Source of the DNA: Amoebidium appalachense
Lineage: Eukaryota; Protista; Ichthyosporea
Reading direction: 5' to 3'
DNA length: 64,000 bases
Assembly: GCA_963693365.1 (NCBI GenBank)
Contig: CAVNZM010000004.1
Location: 5,086,564-5,150,563, forward strand
Below are positions 26,082 to 64,000 of the stretch, in pieces (within the stretch, counting starts at the first letter, position 1; each line of letters opens with the position of its first letter). The translations under genes and the position numbers were made by a program. The notes beneath the pieces were generated by a model. It was given only the letters and a program-made list of their open reading frames with translations, searched no databases and was not told the origin of the DNA.

Positions 26082-28653
26082 CCCCCCCCCCTCTCTGTGT
26101 CTCTAGAGCTTTCTCACTCTCTCTCTCTCCCCCCTCCCCCCTCTCCCTCCCTCTCTTTCTCCCCCCACCCCCTCTCTGGCTCTCTCTATCTCCCCCCCTC
26201 CCCCCTTCCACTCTCGACATTAGCCTTCTCCAAAGCTCCCTCGAAGGCCTTCTCTCCACTCCGGCCCCCCTACATGCTCACCTCCCCCCTCCCTCCAGTC
26301 CCTCGGCGCTCCGGAGGCCGCGAGTCCCCCTCCTCCGCCCCCGGCCCTCCCTTCCCAGGCCCCAACTTTGCCCTTTGCAATTGGTGCCCATGCACTGATG
26401 ATGCAGGTCTAATAATACTGCACGTGTACACGGTTTAGAATGCATAATTATTATATATGACATGTGTATGTTATCATAGATAGGCTATGACATACTATTA
26501 AATATTAGTAGTGAACAAGACTGGCTGGCGTCGAGACTCCGGTGATCGTGAGGCAACAGCTCACCTTGATATCACTGGTACTTGTAAAAAGTTCACTATT
26601 AGATGGACCAAGTGCATATGCAATTCCTATTACATGTCAACGAACCGGTGTACGAATACATATTGCCGATAGGGCTGCACGTGCATACATAACATATGCA
26701 GACACGGCAGTATGCATTCACTGGAGAAGTTATAATAGATATGATAAGTTTTAATAGAAACTTTGGTCCGGGGTCGGGAGAGAGAGAGGGGGCGCCCAGG
26801 GAGGGCCGTACGATGCAACTTGCGAGATGCTCCGTGTACATGTACACTCCGCACGGCGATGCAAACCGTGAGTGCATGATTATTTTTGGTATCATGCATA
26901 AGCATTCAATCATTACGTAGGCTGGTGCTATGGCCTGCCCATACGTAAACACGCATGCATATATGCATAATATGTAATTCCTTCTCAGTGATCAGAGGCT
27001 GGTTATAATTATAAACACAGAATATTGTGTGTTTAACTGAATGGCACGGACATACTCTCGAGCTATCTGCCCGCCACCGGCGGCAGTAATAGTACTAATA
27101 TTAGTGCATGTCCTGTCGGTAGCACTTAACTAAAGTTTACATTGTGACGTACACACGCAGTGTCCGCGTACGTGTGACAGTCTGACACGTCCGGGCCCCC
27201 TCTGCTGATGCAACGCGCGTGGGGGCTGCACTTCACTGTGCTTCATGATCACTGAAGAAACTGAAGTGTCAGGAGGGAAACAAGGCGACTGTAGGGTCGA
27301 ATGGGATATCTGATTGGAAGATGGAGCATCACCGGGGTTCATAGGCAAATTTAAGTTTTTGATTTATTTGAATTTGTTGAAAAGCCCAAATTACCACCAA
27401 TATAATTATAGATAATTTGGAAAAAATTTAAAAATAACACTTTTTTGAAAATTACGGTAATCCAATAAAAGTTCTGCTATAATATACTGGTTACAAATGT
27501 ATTTCTAATAGCGAAATTACGTTTCAATAACCATTCTGGTACTCTTGTAATTTGGTGCCATTGGGGTGCCAAATTCCCCCAGATTGCCATGGTGCGATCG
27601 CCGTTTGAGGTAAGCCCGCATCCAATCAGAGATCGAGCTTGTGACAGCTTTTGCTAGAAGAGCCGATGCATTTTGGTAGAGCAGATGAGATCATGACTCC
27701 CATGATATCATGGTGATAATCCCATGTTTGCCAAAAGGTCCACGTGCAAGAGGGCCCACGTCTCAGACCTAAATACATACATACTAAATTACTGATGTAC
27801 ATATATATATGTTACACATACATAAATTTGATAGATGTATGCATGTACACATGCATGAACTAAGAACCATTTCTGCCAATCAATAATATTGCGCCACGGT
27901 GCTTCATTACGGGTGACTCGATCGGTTGGTTTCGGTTCACGGTGTTTTGCCAATCGTGCATGCGCACATGCATTGCGACATGATCTCAGCAGATTCTCAC
28001 GGTGTTGTGTGACGTACATGCACGTGTGCCCACCATATATAAACTCGACTCGCCATCATCATTCAGCCATGCACTTCCGGCCCCGGACTATTCTTGATCG
28101 CATATCCTGCTCGCTGACCGAACAACTATCACTGACATCACTATGGTCCAGCGCACACTACTGTAGACCGGTCCAGCTGCGACTCCTGGCCCATGGACCA
28201 GGCTGTAACCGCTAAGTTAGAAGAAACGCCATATGCATGCCATATGGCCATTTATGATGGCCACTGTGAGCAGAGATATGAGGGGTGCGCACACGTGGGT
28301 GCCAGGATGGGTGGGCACCGAGGGCCGGAGGGCGCGAGGAGAGGAGGAGGAGGCTGGGGGGGGGGGGGGGGGGGGGGGGGAACTTTGCCAGATTCCACCC
28401 CCGAATCTCTATATAGCTAGCTAATTACAGGAAAGTTTCTTCTTCCGACGAGGGAGGGAGGGGGAGAGAGAGAGGTGGGGGGGCGGGGGGAGGGAGGGAG
28501 GGAGGAATGGAGGGAAGGGGGGAGGGGGGAGGGGGAGGGAGGGAGGGACGGGGGGAGGGAGGGGGGGGGGGAGGGAGGGAGAGGGAGGGAAGTGGGGGAG
28601 GCAGGGAGGTAGGGAGGGAGAGAGAGGGAGGCGGGGGAGGGGGGGGGGGGGGG

Positions 28654-28695
<42 letters not shown>

Positions 28696-28714
28696 TTCAA
28701 GGAGAGAGAGAGAG

Positions 28715-28838
28715 GGAGAGAGAGATGTAATATTAGAGTGTCGGAGAGAGGGGAAAGAGAGAGATGATATCTCTCTGAGCTGAGAAAGCTGAAGGGATTG
28801 ATGGCATGAGAGAGAGGCTCGAGAGCATGAGAGAGAGC

Positions 28839-28910
<72 letters not shown>

Positions 28911-29235
28911 AAGGGGGGCCTAGGGGAGGAGGGAGGGAGAGAGGGAGAGAGGAGAGGGAGTGAGGAAGGGAGGGAGGGAGGGAGGGAGAGAGGACCTGGT
29001 GGAGGGCGAGGGGAGGGAGGGAGGGAGGAATGGAGAGAGGGGGGGGGGAAGGGGGAGGGAGGGAGGGAGGGAGGGAGGGAGGGAGATCTGGAGGGAAGTG
29101 AGGGAGACAGGGAGGGAGGGAGGGAGAGAGAGGGAGGGGGGAGATAGATAAAGAAAGAGAGGGGGGGGGGGGGGGGGGGGGGGGAGATGTAATATTAGAG
29201 TGTTGGAGAGAGGGGAACGAGAGAGATCGGAGAGG
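28715..29235. repeat. Purine-rich low-complexity block with a duplicated ~50-bp unique segment
   Basis: GAGATGTAATATTAGAGTGTYGGAGAGAGGGGAA occurs at ~28721 and ~29184 within (GA)n/(GGGA)n sequence. Confidence 0.6.
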
Positions 29236-30110
29236 GAGACACGCTGACATGGGGCACAGAGGAGGATCCGGAGGGAGGGGAGTGGGGAGGCCGGGAAGGA
29301 CTCCCGTAGTGTGTAGCCAGACACATGTTCAGGAACAGGCTAAGCCCATTTGATACCTACAGGTTTGATTGCCCCGCATGATGTTGTTCCCTATACTCTC
29401 ACATTATTCTCTGTCTACTCTCGTTCCGGAGAGGTGGAGGTTTCAACCTCAAACATCCCCTTAACTTGAAAATCATCCCCCCCCCCCCCCCCCCCCACCC
29501 ACCCACCCACCCACCCACCCACACACACCAAAAAAAAAAAAAAAAAAAAATTCCCCCCAGAATTGCAGAAGAACAACTTCCTTGGTGTCCATCCATGTAC
29601 CAGTTAGACTCAATACGAAGAGCACCATCTTATGCATGGACAATCATGAAACCTTCACGTCTATGTATGTCCCTATAGCACCAAATCACGGATATGGATA
29701 TGGATAACCACTAAAACGTTCACGCATATATAAGCGTATAATGTTATGTGTATGGCTAATATCGCTATCACCTTTAATTGTTTTGTATTATGATCACAGA
29801 ACGACAGGCTAACACTGCGCAGGCTAAGGTCAACATGGACAAATCGGTTCATATTTGTAAAAGGCAACTAATTAGAGAAAGGCATGAAACCAGCACGCCC
29901 GATAACAGCACTCCGTCATTATCATAATATCATGTACAACTTCAAATTCGAAATACAGATATTCAGGCCACATAAAGCACAGGTTTACACGGTCTATATT
30001 TAGCACAAAGCTGCACATACGGCAATAAGACAACCTGGACACTGCCAACGGAATAGGTGATGAGAGGTGATGTTTTGTTCTTTTTCTTCTTCTCTTTGTG
30101 TGTGTGCATG

Positions 30111-30201
<91 letters not shown>

Positions 30202-30634
30202 GGGGGGGGGAGGGGGGGGGGGGGGTTTAAGGGGGGAAATGAACGCTTCATAACTATCCGTACCAAGCTTTCAGGCAATACATATACCATTAAACCTCAA
30301 TCTACAACCCGACAGCTATGGAAAAAAATTGCCCATGTTTGCTCAGGCAATCATTAAACAGACATCAAAGCCTACATATATACAAGCAAGCAATAAACAA
30401 GCAAACAAACCGGAAAAGAGGGAGAGGAGGAAAAAAAGAACAAAAGAGAGAAAGAGAAAGCGGGAGGAGAGAGAGAGAAAGTAGGAGAGAAAAGAAGAAG
30501 AAGAAAAGAAAAAGAAACGTAAGAAGAGAGAGGCATAAACCAGAAGCCTACAAAAACAACCAAACACCAGGAAAAAACATATAGAACATCACCAAAGGGA
30601 GCGGGGGGTTCCTACTTGAAATTTCATCCGATCA

Positions 30635-43746
<13,112 letters not shown>

Positions 43747-44724
43747 GATGACTACTGTTGTATCTTCTTCAGCAGATATATGCTTTGATTGGAAAGAAAC
43801 AACATACAGTCGCCCCAAAGAGAACGTTTCGTCAACTGAAACCCAGAAAGTCGTAGAAACGATGTCAAAGACGTGACAAGCTTGTCTGAACCGAGTCTTA
43901 CAACGCTCCTATGTCATGTGTTCCTACGCTTGTAACTCTGGGGGGGAAAGATGGGGTGGGGTGTCACGGTTTGTCTGTACGGTTTGTGCTCGTTCGGAAA
44001 GGTCCCAAACTGATAGGACAGTAAGAGGGACGCTGGAAGCCGCCAGCATGCGCAAGGGCCTGGGAGATCTGAGGAGCCAGTGGCCGCTACAAAGATCATC
44101 GGAGCGCGCCTAAATAGTCTACGGAAGTAATACGTCACATTTACGTCATTGTGGTTGAGATAAGTAGTGTCCGACAAAAAGATATTAGCCTGGGCTAGTT
44201 AGGGTCTGCAACTTGAATCGAGCTGTATGCGAAGCCAATCGTAAGCGAGATAAATAACTATTTATGGCAAGTGCGCAAATCTTCCTAGACCACTGATGAG
44301 AAGCAGCCTGGGGTTCAAGGACATAATATTTCAAATTTCCATAAGTCAGACAATAATAATATTCATATCGTCAATATCGTGCATGGAAAAAGTGTGTAGC
44401 GTGCATGAAATACCTACCACCTACTGAGGTGGTGCCATATTTTCCTTCCTACCTCAGCAGAAATGTCTCGCTAGTAATGACAATGCTTATCTGTGTACGC
44501 GAAATGACTGCTGCGAATTCGAAGAAGGAAGGCTGGCAGGCTGCGAAGAAAAAAGACTGCGGGCTGCGAAGTAGGAAAAATCGGCCGCCGCGTCGACTGT
44601 AGCCGAGATGGCGCGTGACACCGTCAGGATAGTGTCAGATGAAATACAGCATGCGCTATTTGTAACATAGGGTATTACTAAACTAAATATTCCTAGCATG
44701 CTGTGCATGATGTTTATGACGGTA

Positions 44725-44814
44725 AAATAAATACCCTGCAGAGCATCATGTCATCATGATGCCAGCATCTGCAGATGCTGGCATCATGGTGATGCTCTGG
44801 CAGGGTTTTTATTT
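44725..44814. repeat. Palindrome / foldback with a perfect 34-bp core
   Basis: CATGATGCCAGCATCTG|CAGATGCTGGCATCATG (44755-44788), extended by AAATAAATACCCTGCAGAGCATCA / TGATGCTCTGGCAGGGTTTTTATTT. Confidence 0.9.
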
Positions 44815-45121
44815 GCTGATAATACAGTATTATAAAATTTAAATAAATCCAGTCAAAAGAAGAGGTATTATTAAACTTTGACTAGTAACATAGTAGTAGG
44901 CTGTGGCCGCGGAGGCCAATAAAGTGCAATGATCCCCCTGAGTGATCGATCCATCATGTACACAGTAGCAAGTGGCCATGGGCATTATGTCGTGCACGAC
45001 ATGTATGCATGTGCATGCATTTTCAATCCTGCGAGGACATGGAGTGTATTTTCGGGGAGGGAACGATGAGCCCGTTGCGTGCTCCCCGGCCCGCCCCCCC
45101 CGGCCCCCCCCCGGCCCCCTC

Positions 45122-45152
<31 letters not shown>

Positions 45153-45529
45153 ACACTACTACAACCACCACCACCATATCTACCCTCCCCCAAAGTCTGA
45201 ACTGTATTCCATACAGTAGTGCACTGCGTGCTCTGTAACGCATTCTACCTGGCCGTCCCCGTGGTGGCCATGGTAAGGGTTTTCCTGGTTATGGGAGCTC
45301 TATGAATGGTTCAGATCTTCGAATCTCTGGCTCGTTTACATTTTCTGCGCGGCATGTAACACGGCATCTTTCTTCCGTTGTGTATCTTAGTATCCCCCCC
45401 CCCCCCCCCCCCCCCCCCTCTTGCACTGCTACCTCTGGTCCTCATTCTGATACAGCCCCATTCTGATTTCGCTACAGCGCTAGCCTCCCCTTTCCGCCCC
45501 CTGAATTCACTACAGACTCGATCCCCTGT

Positions 45530-45581
<52 letters not shown>

Positions 45582-45692
45582 AAAAAAAAAAAAAAAAAGA
45601 AAAAAGAAAAAGAAAAAAAACACTAAAAAATAAAATAAAATAAGGATATGTACACACTGTGTTGTCCGTCGTGCACTTGAAACATATTCTCA

Positions 45693-45723
<31 letters not shown>

Positions 45724-46089
45724 CCCCCCCCCCCCCCACACACACACATGTACAAACGTTCTATGTACTCGTATCACCCCCATTCAAACTCTCCCTCCAA
45801 ACTCAGTGACACTGAACTGCGCCCCTTTCTCCACTTTCCCACTCAGACGGAATCGACCAACAGTTAAGTATTACTAAACTCACAGATTACCCCATCACGC
45901 GTGACAGCAACGGATGTGCAGCAGCTGGACCAGGTGGGGGCACACATTGGGGGCCAGTGAGGATGCACGGTGTGGGCCGGCAGTGGCCATGGGGGTGAAT
46001 GTGCAGGAGCTGGGAGGATGGCATAGGCACACAGCGGGTGCACGTGGGTATGCATGGGTGGCCCTCTGCAGGCCGAACATCATTGTCCC

Positions 46090-46629
46090 CACCTCTGCTC
46101 ACACTGAGCTATCTGTGACTATCTTCCTTCATAACATTTGGCAAATTCAGTCCAATCGCAACCTATTGCAAAAGAAAAGGCTGGGAAGGCCGGCGCCAGT
46201 TATACATGGGAGCGTAAACCACACCTAGACTGTTGCCTATCATGAAACAAAAGTATTGGTGAGGCATACCTAATACTTTGGGACAACCAGGTTTGAGCCC
46301 GAAATGACCTACCCATTGTCAGGATAGCTTACACCACCAGGCCATGTGGAGGAAAAGAGGGTGCTTGGAAACAATGGGTCAGACTCTGAGGGTACCATCA
46401 CAAATTGCTGAAATTCCTCAAAGTTCTTAGAATATATGTGCGTAGATAAAATTTGCCCATCCCCCCAGTGGCAGCGTGCAGGGCCCATAACCCTGTTGGA
46501 CATTGTGTTCATAGAAGCTAGTTCTAATGCACGGTGGTCCTTCTTTAAGTCAGAAAAGGATGCATCTTGTGAGGCCAACCTCTGCTCCAGTAGTTGGACT
46601 AGTTGCTGCAACTGTAAATTGTCACTCAT
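46090..46629 (-). pseudogene. Intronless degenerate ORF, possibly a gag-like retroelement remnant
   Basis: 106-aa ORF starting MSDNLQLQQLVQLLEQRLASQD (coiled-coil-like) in microsatellite-free DNA; downstream out-of-frame DWTEFAKCYEGR loosely resembles gag WxxF..F. No diagnostic motif. Confidence 0.2.
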
Positions 46630-47419
46630 AGTGTCGTGTATGACTTAGTGGTAACTATATTAGTCTATGTGTTTTGTGCACTGAAAACGACAATAGAAAA
46701 GTGTAAATCAAACGTTCTGCTTCCCATGCTTGTGGCATGGGAGGCACTGCTTTATATAGTCGTTGGCCACCTCGTGGTGGCCTCGTGTGCACCCTGGTGG
46801 TGGGCCATGTACAGCATGGCCGAAAAGAGAGCACAATGAAACTAAGTCGTTAAAAATGTAAAAGTTAACTGTGCACGATGAGTGGCTAGTTAACGGGCAC
46901 CAAAGTACACAAATAAACGTGTTTAACACACCAATTGCAGTTAAACGTAAATCTTACTTCAAACAACTAAACATATACTGAGAATAGAATAGAATGAATA
47001 GAATGAATAGAATCCTGTGGCAAATATAGACATGACATCATCTGAACCGGGAATATTAATTAATGAGCACAATTAGCACGTTGCTAATATTAGGGAAGCT
47101 CGTCACCGGTACAGTTTTGATTCAAACATACAACTACCATATATGAATATGATCGTAAAAAAAACCTCTATGCATTCGAGTGAGTGTTGAAACAATTATT
47201 CAATTGCTCAGAAACGTTCTCTAACAGACATTGCTAGCCGGGAGTACCAGTGTACTCCAGCACCCCCCCCCCCCCCCCCCCCCTCCCCTCCGCCCCTGCC
47301 GTCGGGAAAAAAGGACCTAACTGTGCCCTGCAGCTTTACCACGGCTTTAAGGGATATCGACATAATCAAAATTGAGCAACACTGCAGCAAGTACATAATA
47401 ATAAATTGCTATGCCGAAA

Positions 47420-63996
<16,577 letters not shown>

Positions 63997-64000
63997 ACGG

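Noticed and set aside
27880-28220. TATA/CCAAT followed by a short ORF (MHFRPRTILDRISC...)
   Set aside because: No recognisable protein motif or splice structure; insufficient support for a gene.

Overview
Eukaryotic, intron-rich genomic DNA saturated with (C)n/(G)n, (CA)n/(TG)n and (CT)n/(GA)n tracts. Almost all ORFs in the supplied track are microsatellite read-throughs. The organism cannot be identified from the sequence; the gene content would fit an opisthokont protist, which is an inference only. Real genes reconstructed by hand from splice sites: an ABHD1/2/3-type alpha/beta hydrolase (+, ~2.0-12.3 kb), a two-finger GATA transcription factor (+, ~19.6-22.6 kb), an Aa_trans/AVT-type amino-acid transporter (-, 30.6-43.7 kb), and a long multi-exon gene of unknown function (-, ~47-64 kb). 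The introns carry a family of poly(C)-anchored retroelements: a 5'-truncated Penelope-like RT of the C-terminal-RT (Naiad/Chlamys) type, and several short non-coding families ending in ...ACTTCGTAC-N~10-GCATTCAA(A)-(C)n. The main finding is a ~160-nt RNA domain in five of these copies (three sequence variants). It has a closing stem, a consensus kink-turn and a 6-7 bp pseudoknot supported by compensatory changes, and it is not a hammerhead. It is a candidate undescribed ribozyme or RT-recruitment RNA of hammerhead-less Penelope-like elements. Introns also show a strand-polarised architecture: donor followed by poly(C), and (CA)n directly before the acceptor CAG.
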